DNA of 64,000 nt from an uncultured delta proteobacterium (GTDB lineage Bacteria > Desulfobacterota > Desulfuromonadia > Geobacterales > DSM-12255). The translations under genes were made by a program, and so were the position numbers. The stretch spans positions 32,001 through 96,000 of the forward strand of contig CAWBBV010000007.1 of assembly GCA_963787125.1 (NCBI GenBank), given 5' to 3'. Numbering within the stretch: the stretch's first letter is position 1; each line of letters opens with the position of its first letter. Below, piece by piece: positions 49,674-59,076 of this stretch. Below the pieces are notes generated by a model that had not been told where the DNA came from, searched no databases, and saw only the letters and a list, made by a program, of their open reading frames with translations.

Positions 49674-51044
49674 TCAAGGCGTAAGACCAAATTCGAGCAA
49701 CAGCCGTACCAGATCACCATTCGCCTCAAAGGTTGTGGCAATCGTAATGAGATCACCATTTTCCTCGTCATGGGCGTTCGGATCGGCGCCCTGTTCCAGT
49801 AGGTAGCGAGCCAGTTCCAATCGCTTTGCCTGAAACGCACTCTCGGTCTCATTGTAGTAATGTGAAAGCGCCATGCAGTTGTACTTGAGCGCTTCTGTTA
49901 ACCCTTCCTTCGACAAACCATGCGCCACCAGCAGCCTTATTACCGGCAGGCGCAAACCAACTACTGCCGCTTGAGCGGGACTGATGCCATATATGCTGAT
50001 TTTGTTGGCATCAGCTCCGTTTTCAAGAAGAGCTTTACAGCACCCTTCAAAGCCCCTTACCGCCACAATTTGCAGTGCAATAGACATTATCCGTGCCGGA
50101 ATCTCCCCGGATTCGAGGAGTTCGATCATTTGCTGCGAGTCTCCCTCCATGGCAGCTTTGCAAAGCTGAAGGTGAGCCATGTTCACGCCAAGTTCTACTG
50201 GAAGGTCAACACCTTTGATGCTTGCCATAAGAGCATAATCAACCGCCAGAAAACCCATTTTGTCCGGCTCCGCATGCTCGATGCCTGACTTTATAAGCAG
50301 TCTGATGATACCGCTTGATAAGTCCTTTGGATTTTGTAACTCTTCGGCGTCACTGGCCCATTGGTACATAACCAGAAAGGGGAAATCGCCATGCCGATAC
50401 ATGGCGTGCATAAGAGCGGAGCGCCCTTTTGTGTCGCGGTGATTGATATTCGCCCCGGCACTGAGCAAGCACCGCAGTATGTCGAGTTGCTGGTTTTTTG
50501 CTGCGAACAGTAGCGGAGTGAAATCTTTGTACCCCTTGTCAGGATCAGCGCCAAATTCGAGCAGGAGTTGCACATACTCTTCATTGCCATGGATTGCGGC
50601 CAGGTAAAGAGCGCTGGCGCCAGTGCCGTCATCGCTGTTCGGATCGGCTCCGGCACTGAGCAACCTTTGGAAAATGTCAGCAAGCTTTTTTCGACAGACG
50701 ATTTTGCAAAGGAGTGAACACCCTTCAGCATCCACGGTGTTTGGTTTTGCGCCAGCATTGAGGAGCAGCTTCATTGTTCCGGATATGCGTTGCCAGACAG
50801 CGTGAACCATACGCTTACCGGGCCGCTTACTCTCAGCTTTGTAAGGGGTATGCCGCCAGATCCAGTCAGCAGCCAGGATTGGATTTTCAAGAGCATCTAT
50901 TGCGCCAAACGCCAGTGATGCTGCCCTGGCTTTAACTTCCGAGGACAGCTCTTTTCTCAGGAGTCTCTTTACCAGGGCAGCATTCCCGGACTGAGCGGCA
51001 ACAGTCAACTTTTGAGCAAGTTTATTTTCGTAGTTGCCGTTCAT
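49674..51044 (-). CDS. ankyrin-repeat protein
   Basis: Repeated LL..GADPN / G.TPL..A / G.SAL motifs. Confidence 0.88.
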   Translation of the reverse strand: MNGNYENKLAQKLTVAAQSGNAALVKRLLRKELSSEVKARAASLAFGAIDALENPILAADWIWRHTPYKAESKRPGKRMVHAVWQRISGTMKLLLNAGAKPNTVDAEGCSLLCKIVCRKKLADIFQRLLSAGADPNSDDGTGASALYLAAIHGNEEYVQLLLEFGADPDKGYKDFTPLLFAAKNQQLDILRCLLSAGANINHRDTKGRSALMHAMYRHGDFPFLVMYQWASDAEELQNPKDLSSGIIRLLIKSGIEHAEPDKMGFLAVDYALMASIKGVDLPVELGVNMAHLQLCKAAMEGDSQQMIELLESGEIPARIMSIALQIVAVRGFEGCCKALLENGADANKISIYGISPAQAAVVGLRLPVIRLLVAHGLSKEGLTEALKYNCMALSHYYNETESAFQAKRLELARYLLEQGADPNAHDEENGDLITIATTFEANGDLVRLLLEFGLTP

Positions 51045-51050
51045 AACTGC

Positions 51051-51443
51051 CTAAGTTTCCGGAGTTTCATTTTCGGATTCATCTTCTTCGTCAGCAATAT
51101 CTTCGGACTCATCCTCATCCTCAAACATTTCGTCGTCCAATTCAATGTCCTCCAGGTCAAAAAGATACCGTTCCAGCAGCCTGTCAGGAAGCTTGCGAAA
51201 GCTTGCCAGTTCGGTATCCAGCATAATCACCAGATATGAATTGAACGGTATCAAGCGGTACTCATTCTCTAAAAGCTCCTCATCTATCTCCTGCAGATAT
51301 TTTTCGCTGAGCCCCCCAGCAGCTCCGGTAAGGGTGCGCAGCTGTGACCAGGTGATGCGGAACGGTTCACTGAAATCCCTGCCAAATTGTTTCCCGTACA
51401 GATCGGAAAGAATACCTGCTGTTTCTGCTGCTGTGCGTGCCAT
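51051..51443 (-). CDS. hypothetical protein with a highly acidic C-terminal tail
   Basis: AAGGAGG RBS before ATG 51443; tail DLEDIELDDEMFEDEDESEDIADEEDESENETPET. Confidence 0.8.
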   Translation of the reverse strand: MARTAAETAGILSDLYGKQFGRDFSEPFRITWSQLRTLTGAAGGLSEKYLQEIDEELLENEYRLIPFNSYLVIMLDTELASFRKLPDRLLERYLFDLEDIELDDEMFEDEDESEDIADEEDESENETPET

Positions 51444-51474
51444 GTGAAGCCTCCTTGATTGTGTTGTTGAGGCT

Positions 51475-51510
51475 ATTATGGCAGGGTAAAGCGACAAGAT
51501 GCGTCGTTTT
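51475..51510 (-). promoter_or_regulatory. second putative WYL box (AAGCGAC-N7-GTCGTTT) with a -10-like CATAAT 10 nt downstream on the minus strand
   Basis: Minus strand AAAACGACGCATCTTGTCGC-TTTACCCTGC-CATAAT, followed by the RBS of the 51443 gene. Confidence 0.65.
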
Positions 51511-51655
51511 GCAGCGCTTGCGACGATGTTTCAGCTACGGGGGTGGTAAGGAGTGAACTGGCAGGAAAATTGGTTTCGTGGAATCGGCATGATTGGTTGA
51601 TATAGTGCTTAACAGGGTTACAGGAAAAGCGGGAGAAACCGGAGTAAAAACTCCT

Positions 51656-52480
51656 TTACGCCACAGGCAGCAACCCGGCTTTCTCGCCCCTTTCCATCAG
51701 GACCGCCACAGCTCTTCGCCCCTCACTGCCAAGGTCACGGGAAAAGTCGTTCACATACAGGCCGATATGGGCAGCGCAGACATCGCTGCTCAGCTCCTGT
51801 GCATGCTCACTGATGTATTGCCGCGACTCCAGAGGGTTGGTAAAGGCATAGTCGATGCTTGCGGCGATGAGGCTACCCAGAGAATTAATAACTTCAGTCC
51901 CCAGAGAAGTTTTTGCCACTATTCCGCCGAGCGGAATGGGGCAGCCGCTGTCAGTCTCCCACCACTCGCCAAGATCAACAAGTTGCTGAAGACCATATCC
52001 CTTAAAGGTAAATCTCGCTTCGTGGATTATTACCCCGGCGCTGACTTCACCCGCAGCAACGGCAGGCATAATCCGGTCGAAAGGCATATAAACAAGATTA
52101 CCCAATTCCGGGGCGAAAAGGCGCAGGAGCAATGCGGCGGTAGTGTATCTGCCCGGCAGTGCGACAGGCTTGTTGCTGAGGGACTTGATAGCGCAGGGGG
52201 CCCTGCTGATCAGCAACGGGCCGCAACCTCTGCCGAGCGCAGCACCGGCCGGGAGGAGCGTGTATTTGTCACGGATATGACCGTAAAGGTGAAATGAAAC
52301 CTTGGTGACGTCAAGCGCTGCTGTCAGAGCGAGTTGATTCAGCTGTTCCACGTCATGAAGCTGTTCTTTGAATGCCAGTCCCCGGCTCTTTACCAGGCCT
52401 TTTATCAGCGCGTGAAAGATGAACGTATCGTTCGGGCAGGGGGAGAACCCGAGGGTTAAAATTCTCTGAGCTGATTTCAA
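51656..52480 (-). CDS. mqnD: 1,4-dihydroxy-6-naphthoate synthase
   Basis: LGFSPCPNDTFIFHAL, GAALGRGCGPL, IIHEARF, DLGEWWE, HIGLYVN. Confidence 0.95.
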   Translation of the reverse strand: MKSAQRILTLGFSPCPNDTFIFHALIKGLVKSRGLAFKEQLHDVEQLNQLALTAALDVTKVSFHLYGHIRDKYTLLPAGAALGRGCGPLLISRAPCAIKSLSNKPVALPGRYTTAALLLRLFAPELGNLVYMPFDRIMPAVAAGEVSAGVIIHEARFTFKGYGLQQLVDLGEWWETDSGCPIPLGGIVAKTSLGTEVINSLGSLIAASIDYAFTNPLESRQYISEHAQELSSDVCAAHIGLYVNDFSRDLGSEGRRAVAVLMERGEKAGLLPVA

Positions 52481-53217
52481 GACAGACCTCGCTCAAGGTA
52501 TTTGCAGAGAAAGCGCTGGACCATTTCCACGGAACGCGGAATGTCCCACTTGGAGATATCACGGTCTTCAACCATATTGCTGATCCCCCGCACTTCCAAA
52601 AATGGAGTGTCGTAAAGGAGAGCAGTGTGGGCTATTGCCGCCCCTTCCATGTTTTCACAGATGCCGCCAAAGAGTTCTTCAAGCTCATCACCGCGCCTTG
52701 ATGTACCGCTGCAGGTGGAGACCGTCACAAACTTGCCCCGTTTCACCGGCAGACCAAGGGATGTGGCAAAGTGGAAAACTTTGGCTGCCTGCTCCATTGA
52801 AAGGGGGAATTCATTGCTGTAGCGGTTTCCTTTCCGCTCCACAGACGGGATGCCGATTATTTCGAGAGTATGCCAGCCGTTTACAGTCAAGACCCCCTCA
52901 TCGCCATAGATCTCGGCAGTCGCTACTGCCAGATCGCCTACTGACAGCCCGCTGCCGGAGTATGCTCCGCCGCAGCCGGTATTTATAATCAGTGTCGGTC
53001 TGAAACGCTCGATCATATGAGTAGCGATAATTGCAGCGTTGACTTTGCCGATGCCGGTAAGGGCAAGATAGATCGGGTGCAACGGGGCTTCGGCTCTCCA
53101 GGCTCGGCGCGGGCCGGTGCCGTCGAGCAGTGTTGCGCCAAGCTCCCTGACAAGAAGTGACAGCTCCTTCTCTACCGAAGCTGTTATGAGAATGGACCCA
53201 CCCGAATACTCTTTCAT
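52477..53217 (-). CDS. mqnB: futalosine hydrolase (start uncertain)
   Basis: TGIGKVNAA, GCGGAY, TVSTCSG, CENMEGAA, RGISN.VEDRD; adjacent to mqnD. Confidence 0.9.
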   Translation of the reverse strand: MKEYSGGSILITASVEKELSLLVRELGATLLDGTGPRRAWRAEAPLHPIYLALTGIGKVNAAIIATHMIERFRPTLIINTGCGGAYSGSGLSVGDLAVATAEIYGDEGVLTVNGWHTLEIIGIPSVERKGNRYSNEFPLSMEQAAKVFHFATSLGLPVKRGKFVTVSTCSGTSRRGDELEELFGGICENMEGAAIAHTALLYDTPFLEVRGISNMVEDRDISKWDIPRSVEMVQRFLCKYLERGLS

Positions 53218-53396
53218 CAACGATCCTGATATCAGCGTCATTTTTAGATAAATTATCCCGGATAATAGCTTGATTAGCACAGCGATACAAGTATCTCCTG
53301 ATTGGCATTAATCCTTGCATGAGGGGCTGTTTTCAAATATATTCACTTACTGTTCAACTGCTTAATTTACAGAATAAAATTGATAACAGGTTTGCT

Positions 53397-54281
53397 GTGA
53401 ATAGATGGTTACTGCCGATAAATTCAGTCCTTGTTGTCGCAAGCATTGCAACTCTTGCCCTGATTGCTTCTGATCTTGCCGTCTTTCGCATAGCGCGACT
53501 CTTCCCGCCTAAAGCATCAAAGCCGACACAACAGTTGACTGCTCCGCAAGGTGGCGATGACCTGATGTCGTTTGCACCGATTCTCTCTAAAGGGCTGTTT
53601 GGCAAAGCGACTGTAGGGGTGTTGACCCCTATTGTGGCTAAAACTACTGCTACTGAGAAAGCCCAGACTCCTGCCTTTAATCAGGCTGATTTAATCCTCC
53701 TCGGCACAGTTCAGGGCTCATTCAGAGAGAGTTTTGCCTTGATCCAGAAGGTCAGCTCAAAAGAAGAGCGGGTCTTCAGGATGGGTGATACGGTTTATAA
53801 TGCCGGTCCGCTGGTGTCAGTCAAAAAAGAGTATGTCGAAATCCTTGCCGGTAAAGTCCGGACAAAAATCATGACCCCGACTGCTTCCGCCGCAGCTGCG
53901 GTAGCTCCGCCTCCTGTTGTCGGCGTTGCTGCCGGCAATACTCTGGCATCACAGACCGGTTCCGGGAGTTACATTATTGATCAGCGTGCACTGAATGCAT
54001 CTCTAGACAATATTGGTCAGGCCATGACCGATGCCAGGCTGCTTCCCAGCATGAAAGACGGCAAGGTGGAGGGCTTTCGTGCTTCGGAAGTAAAGCCCCA
54101 GGGGATTTTCGGCACCATCGGCATCAAAAACGGCGACGTTCTGTTGCGCATGAACGATTTTCCAATTGATTCGCCGGAAAAGGCCATTCAATCCTTTGCA
54201 ACCCTTAAGGGGCAGAGCCGCATCAGACTCGATCTCATTCGTGACGGCCAACCGGTAACATTCAATTATGACATCAGGTGA
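53397..54281 (+). CDS. gspC: type II secretion protein C (TM, HR and PDZ domains; start uncertain)
   Basis: N-terminal TM, LILLGTV HR domain, C-terminal PDZ (GIKNGDVL); first gene of the gsp cluster. Confidence 0.88.
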   Translation: MNRWLLPINSVLVVASIATLALIASDLAVFRIARLFPPKASKPTQQLTAPQGGDDLMSFAPILSKGLFGKATVGVLTPIVAKTTATEKAQTPAFNQADLILLGTVQGSFRESFALIQKVSSKEERVFRMGDTVYNAGPLVSVKKEYVEILAGKVRTKIMTPTASAAAAVAPPPVVGVAAGNTLASQTGSGSYIIDQRALNASLDNIGQAMTDARLLPSMKDGKVEGFRASEVKPQGIFGTIGIKNGDVLLRMNDFPIDSPEKAIQSFATLKGQSRIRLDLIRDGQPVTFNYDIR

Positions 54282-54306
54282 AGGCTGAATTAATCAAGAG
54301 GTATCC

Positions 54307-56229
54307 GTGAAATTATACATAACAACCCTGCTTCTCATCATGACGATTCTTCTCCCTGTGACAGCTTCTGCCAAGGGGGTCATTCTCAACTTCGCCGATG
54401 TCGACATCGCGACAATGGTCAAATTCATCAGCGACCTGACCGGCAAGAACTTTGTCATGGATGAACGGGTGAAAGGGAAAATCTCGGTGTACTCCCCGGC
54501 AAAGCTTTCCAACGAAGAGGCGTTCAATGTGTTCACCTCTGTACTTGAGCTGAAAGGTTTTACCCTGATCCAGTCGGGCAAGGTTTTCAAGATTGTGCCG
54601 ACATCTTCAGCCAAACAGTCAGGCACAAAACTTTACGCTGACAAAGAGAAAATCCCGGTTAATGAGTCCTACGTTGCCAGGGTTATCACCCTTGAAAATA
54701 TCCAGGCTCAGGAAGCGCTGACATTCCTCCAGCCGGTAATCTCCAAGGATGGTCACGTCTCTGCTTTTGGCCCGGCCAATATGCTGCTGGTGGTTGATTC
54801 ATCATTTAATCTTCAGAAAATCCTGGCAATAATTCAGATGATAGATTCTGAGAAGCGGCGGGAGATGCCTGAAGTTCTTTATCTGAAGAGTGCCGGAGCA
54901 GACAATGTGGCCAAGGTACTCCAGGACTGGATTGGTAGCCGGGCAAAGCAGCCGGGGCAAGGATCTCAAGCAACAGTCGGCACGACGATTGTTGCTGATG
55001 TGCGGTTAAATGCGGTGTTGATTTTCGGGGCGGAAAAGGACAAGGAAGAGATCAGGAAGCTTGTGGCACTGGTTGACGTCGCCCCACCTACCAGCAGCGG
55101 TAAAGTTAACGTTTATTACCTTGAGAATGCCGATGCAACCGAGGTTGCCAAAGTGCTTGACGGGGTTGTCAAAGGGATGTCTGCCCAGGTTCAGCCAGGC
55201 CAGGTTGGCGGAGCACAAGCATCTCCTTTTGATGGCGGCAAGATCACCATTACCCCCGACAAGGCTACCAACTCTCTGGTTATCATGGCGTCACCCACTG
55301 ATTACCAGAATCTGCTACAGGTGGTACAGAAGCTCGACCGCAAGCGCCGCCAGGTGTTCGTTGAGGCGATGATTGCCGAAGTCTCGCTGGACAAAGCCGC
55401 GGAGCTGGGGATTCAGTGGGGCTTCTTCGGCGGGGGGAGTACCGGATCGGTAGCCACTGCCGGGATCTACGATCCGTTCAGCACCCTGACCCCGTTTTTT
55501 GCTGCTGTTGCAGGTCTGACAACGGCGGGAGTCCTCCCTGCTGATATGAAGCTTAATACGACCGCCAACTTTCCCTTTATTCTGAAAGCGATGCAGGGCA
55601 GCGGCATGTTGAATATCCTGTCGAGCCCGACCATCCTGACCTCTGATAACAAGGAGGCAGAAATATTTGTCGGCGAGAATGTTCCGTTTCTCGGCACATC
55701 CACCATCAACGGTGCTACTTCCCAGCAGTCGATCGATCGCAAGGATACCGGTATCACGCTCAAGATCACGCCGCAGATCACCGATGGGGATTACATCAAG
55801 CTTGACGTGCTGCAGGAGATCTCGGCGCTCAAAGACACCATAAACATTGGCGTATCTTCCACAGACCGATCGATAACCAAGCGTTCAGCAAAAACAACAG
55901 TCATTGTCAAGGATCAGGAGACCGTCGCCATCGGCGGACTGATCTCCGAGATCGAGCGCGAATCGGTGACCAAGGTGCCGCTGCTTGGTGACCTCCCGCT
56001 GCTGGGTTATCTATTCAGGTCAAAAACCATGAAGCGGGAAAAGACTAATCTGATCCTCCTCCTCACGCCAAAAGTCATCAAAGATGGCCGTGATCTTGTC
56101 GATACGACGCAAAAGCAGAGGAATCGTTTCTCTGAAGCGTCCAAAAAGGTAGAATCTATCGATATCCCGAAGCAGATCGGCAATCAACCGGCAGAAGCCA
56201 AACCAGTCATCAAGAGCGAGGTGAAGTAG
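54307..56229 (+). CDS. gspD: type II secretion secretin D
   Basis: NFADVDI..VKFIS.LTGKNF, QVFVEAMIAEV, KVPLLGDLPLLGYLF. Confidence 0.95.
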   Translation: MKLYITTLLLIMTILLPVTASAKGVILNFADVDIATMVKFISDLTGKNFVMDERVKGKISVYSPAKLSNEEAFNVFTSVLELKGFTLIQSGKVFKIVPTSSAKQSGTKLYADKEKIPVNESYVARVITLENIQAQEALTFLQPVISKDGHVSAFGPANMLLVVDSSFNLQKILAIIQMIDSEKRREMPEVLYLKSAGADNVAKVLQDWIGSRAKQPGQGSQATVGTTIVADVRLNAVLIFGAEKDKEEIRKLVALVDVAPPTSSGKVNVYYLENADATEVAKVLDGVVKGMSAQVQPGQVGGAQASPFDGGKITITPDKATNSLVIMASPTDYQNLLQVVQKLDRKRRQVFVEAMIAEVSLDKAAELGIQWGFFGGGSTGSVATAGIYDPFSTLTPFFAAVAGLTTAGVLPADMKLNTTANFPFILKAMQGSGMLNILSSPTILTSDNKEAEIFVGENVPFLGTSTINGATSQQSIDRKDTGITLKITPQITDGDYIKLDVLQEISALKDTINIGVSSTDRSITKRSAKTTVIVKDQETVAIGGLISEIERESVTKVPLLGDLPLLGYLFRSKTMKREKTNLILLLTPKVIKDGRDLVDTTQKQRNRFSEASKKVESIDIPKQIGNQPAEAKPVIKSEVK

Positions 56230-56231
56230 CT

Positions 56232-57803
56232 TTGTCACTTTCCAGCGAACCGTCAGGACTGGCAGAGATAGCCACGCGACTGCATCTGGCCTTCCGGGCA
56301 GAAATTCATGACGCTGATATCGATACAGTCTGGATTTCCCGAATTCCGCTATCTTTTGCCAAAGCGAATCTGCTGTTACCGCTCCGGGAGGAAGATGGTG
56401 TTCTTTTCGTTGCCAGCGGCAACCCTGCCAATCTGCTTGCCCTTGATGAACTTCAGTCCGCTCTCGGACACCCTGTAAAAGGGGTTGTTGTCCCGCCCGG
56501 GGAGGTGCTCTCTGCTATAAACCGTCTTTATGCGCGCCATTCCGGTTCTGCCCAGGAGGTCGTAGCCGAACTTGAAGCGGAAGAGCTCTCGACAGTGGCC
56601 GGTCAGTTCAACCGTCCCCAGGATCTGCTTGACCTGACAGATGAAGCGCCGGTAATCAGGCTACTCAATTCGGTGCTCTTCCAGGCGGTCAAGGAGCGGG
56701 CCAGCGATATCCATATCGAGCCTTTTGAACGGGAGCTTGATGTCCGCTTCCGGATTGACGGCATCCTCTACAAGATGCTCTCCCCCCCCAAGGTTATTCA
56801 GGAGGCGCTGACCTCCAGGGTCAAGATCATGGCCGGACTGAACATCGCCGAGAAAAGACTCCCCCAGGACGGGCGTTTCAGGGTTATTGTCGCCGGTCGT
56901 GATGTTGATATCAGGGTCTCGATAATTCCGACTTTTTTTGGTGAACGGACGGTTCTCCGTATTCTCGACAAGCAGCGCGGCGTCCTCTCCCTGACCGACA
57001 TCGGGCTCCCAAAGCGTGAGAACAGCGTCGTGGAGCGGTTGCTGACCCGCACCAGCGGTATCATACTTGTCACCGGCCCGACCGGCAGCGGCAAGACGAC
57101 CACTCTCTACAGCGCCCTGACGCAGATCAACTCGCCGGACAAGAACATCATCACCATCGAAGACCCGATTGAGTACCAGCTTCCAGGCGTCGGCCAGATA
57201 CAGGTAAATCCGAAGATTGACCTCACCTTTGCCAATGGCCTGCGCTCCATTCTCCGTCAGGATCCCGACATCATTATGGTCGGTGAAATCCGCGATGCCG
57301 AAACCGCCGAAATTGCCATGCAGGCAAGTCTTACCGGCCATCTGGTTCTTTCGACCCTGCATACCAATGATGCGCCGACAGCCATCACCCGGTTGATAGA
57401 TATGGGCATCGAACCGTTCATGGTCGCCTCAACCCTTTCCGCTATTCTGGCGCAAAGGCTGGTGCGCCGAATCTGTCCCCACTGCTGCGAAGAGTACCGT
57501 CCGGAGAGGGCATATGCAGGCATCGCCCTTCCTGAGCGGCTCTATCGAGGGAAGGGCTGCGAAAAATGCTTTAATCTCGGTACGATTGGCAGGGTAGGCA
57601 TATATGAGCTGCTGCCGATTGATGCCGAGCTCTGCTCGATGATAATTCGCCGGACCTCCACCAAGGAGATCAAGGAGTACGCCGTCTCCAAAGGGATGCG
57701 GACCTTGCGTGATGATGGTCTTGACAAGGCTTTTGCCGGTGTTACGACTCTGGAGGAGGTTCTCAGGGTGACGCAGGAAGATTATGCCGATATTTCGTTA
57801 TAA
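56232..57803 (+). CDS. gspE: type II secretion ATPase E
   Basis: ASDIHIEP, GPTGSGKTT, IEDPIEY, LRQDPDIIMVGEIRD, CPHC/CEKC. Confidence 0.95.
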   Translation: MSLSSEPSGLAEIATRLHLAFRAEIHDADIDTVWISRIPLSFAKANLLLPLREEDGVLFVASGNPANLLALDELQSALGHPVKGVVVPPGEVLSAINRLYARHSGSAQEVVAELEAEELSTVAGQFNRPQDLLDLTDEAPVIRLLNSVLFQAVKERASDIHIEPFERELDVRFRIDGILYKMLSPPKVIQEALTSRVKIMAGLNIAEKRLPQDGRFRVIVAGRDVDIRVSIIPTFFGERTVLRILDKQRGVLSLTDIGLPKRENSVVERLLTRTSGIILVTGPTGSGKTTTLYSALTQINSPDKNIITIEDPIEYQLPGVGQIQVNPKIDLTFANGLRSILRQDPDIIMVGEIRDAETAEIAMQASLTGHLVLSTLHTNDAPTAITRLIDMGIEPFMVASTLSAILAQRLVRRICPHCCEEYRPERAYAGIALPERLYRGKGCEKCFNLGTIGRVGIYELLPIDAELCSMIIRRTSTKEIKEYAVSKGMRTLRDDGLDKAFAGVTTLEEVLRVTQEDYADISL

Positions 57804-58995
57804 GGGGTATCGTCAGGACGGCAGGGATTGTTCAGGCTCCATAACCGCGGACAGTGTCAGAGAAGCGCGGGAGCGGCTCAAAGGGGACGGTATCCTCCCC
57901 GTTGAAATTGAGGCAGATGAGTCAGGCCATGTCAAAGGGAGCATCTTTCCGCTCAAGAGAGCAGTCGGCCTGGCAGAACTCGCGCTCCTCACCAGACGCC
58001 TGGCAACACTTCTTGGCGCTTCGATGCCGCTTTTCGAGGCGGTTGCAACCCTTATGGAACAAGAGCGCCCTGGTGAACTCAGGAGTGTTCTCTCCCGGGT
58101 AAAGGAGCGTCTTGCCGAAGGTAGAGGTCTGGCCGCAGCGCTGGCAAGCGAATCACAACTCTTCAGCGAAAGTTATATCTCCATGGTTGCTGCCGGCGAA
58201 GCCAGCGGAGCGCTGGATCTGGTGCTGGAGCGGCTGGCCGATTTCCTTGAAGATCAGGAGGCGGTCAGGAGCAAGGTTACGACAGCGCTTGCCTACCCTA
58301 TCCTCATGGCCGTTGTCGGCGGCGGAGTCATGCTCTTCCTCCTTACCTTTGTCATTCCGAAAATTACTACCGTATTCGCCGATAATAAGGCGGCTCTCCC
58401 GCTGATTACCATCATCCTCCTCAAAGTCAGCACTCTGCTCCGAAAAGGTTGGTGGCTTCTCGCCGCTCTTGGAGGTGCACTGACATTCACTTATCGTCGT
58501 CTGATGCAGGAGGAGTCTTACCGGCTGAAGCGGGACAGCTTCCTGTTGCAGGTTCCCGGGATGGGCACACTTCTGCAGAAACTTATCCTGGCCCGCTTTG
58601 CAAAAATACTGGGTCTCCTCCTCTCAAGCGGAGTGCCGGTTATCAGGGCCATGGAGATTACCGGCGAAGCTGTTGTGAACCGGGCCTACAGAACCTTCCT
58701 CGGCGAAGCGAAAGCTGACCTGATAGAAGGTGGCAAGCTCTCCTCAACCCTTGCAAGAAGCCAGCTCTTCCCACCGCTGCTCATCCATATGATCGGCATA
58801 GGCGAGCAGAGCGGCACAATGGAGAAAATGCTGGAGAAGGCGGGGAACGCCTTTGAAAAAGAGTTTGACACCGGCACAACCCGTTTTATGGCTCTTTTGG
58901 AGCCGGTGCTTGTGCTTGCCATGGGGTTGGCGGTCGGTTTTGTGGTGGTGGCGGTGTTGTTGCCAATATTCCAGCTTAATCAGCTGGTGAAATAG
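57784..58995 (+). CDS. gspF: type II secretion inner-membrane protein F
   Basis: TRRLATLL, AGEASGAL..VLERLA, ALAYP, GEQSG.ME, LLEP..LLPI. Confidence 0.95.
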   Translation: MPIFRYKGYRQDGRDCSGSITADSVREARERLKGDGILPVEIEADESGHVKGSIFPLKRAVGLAELALLTRRLATLLGASMPLFEAVATLMEQERPGELRSVLSRVKERLAEGRGLAAALASESQLFSESYISMVAAGEASGALDLVLERLADFLEDQEAVRSKVTTALAYPILMAVVGGGVMLFLLTFVIPKITTVFADNKAALPLITIILLKVSTLLRKGWWLLAALGGALTFTYRRLMQEESYRLKRDSFLLQVPGMGTLLQKLILARFAKILGLLLSSGVPVIRAMEITGEAVVNRAYRTFLGEAKADLIEGGKLSSTLARSQLFPPLLIHMIGIGEQSGTMEKMLEKAGNAFEKEFDTGTTRFMALLEPVLVLAMGLAVGFVVVAVLLPIFQLNQLVK

Positions 58996-59076
58996 TAGAA
59001 CTGCTGAAACCTACTCCCACAAGGATATCGACTTTGAATTTGGCTTTTTGTCAGGGGGAAATTAACGAGTGAAGCT

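Larger units (their letters stand above)
37640..51520. other. defence island (WYL regulator, type I R-M, TA-like modules); no integrase seen
   Basis: Cluster of defence-type genes between two housekeeping genes (acyl-CoA ligase, mqnD); boundaries approximate. Confidence 0.8.

Noticed and set aside
37598..51655. Prophage, ICE or transposon call for the island
   Set aside because: No integrase, transposase, phage structural or conjugation genes, and no att-like direct repeat found by eye.
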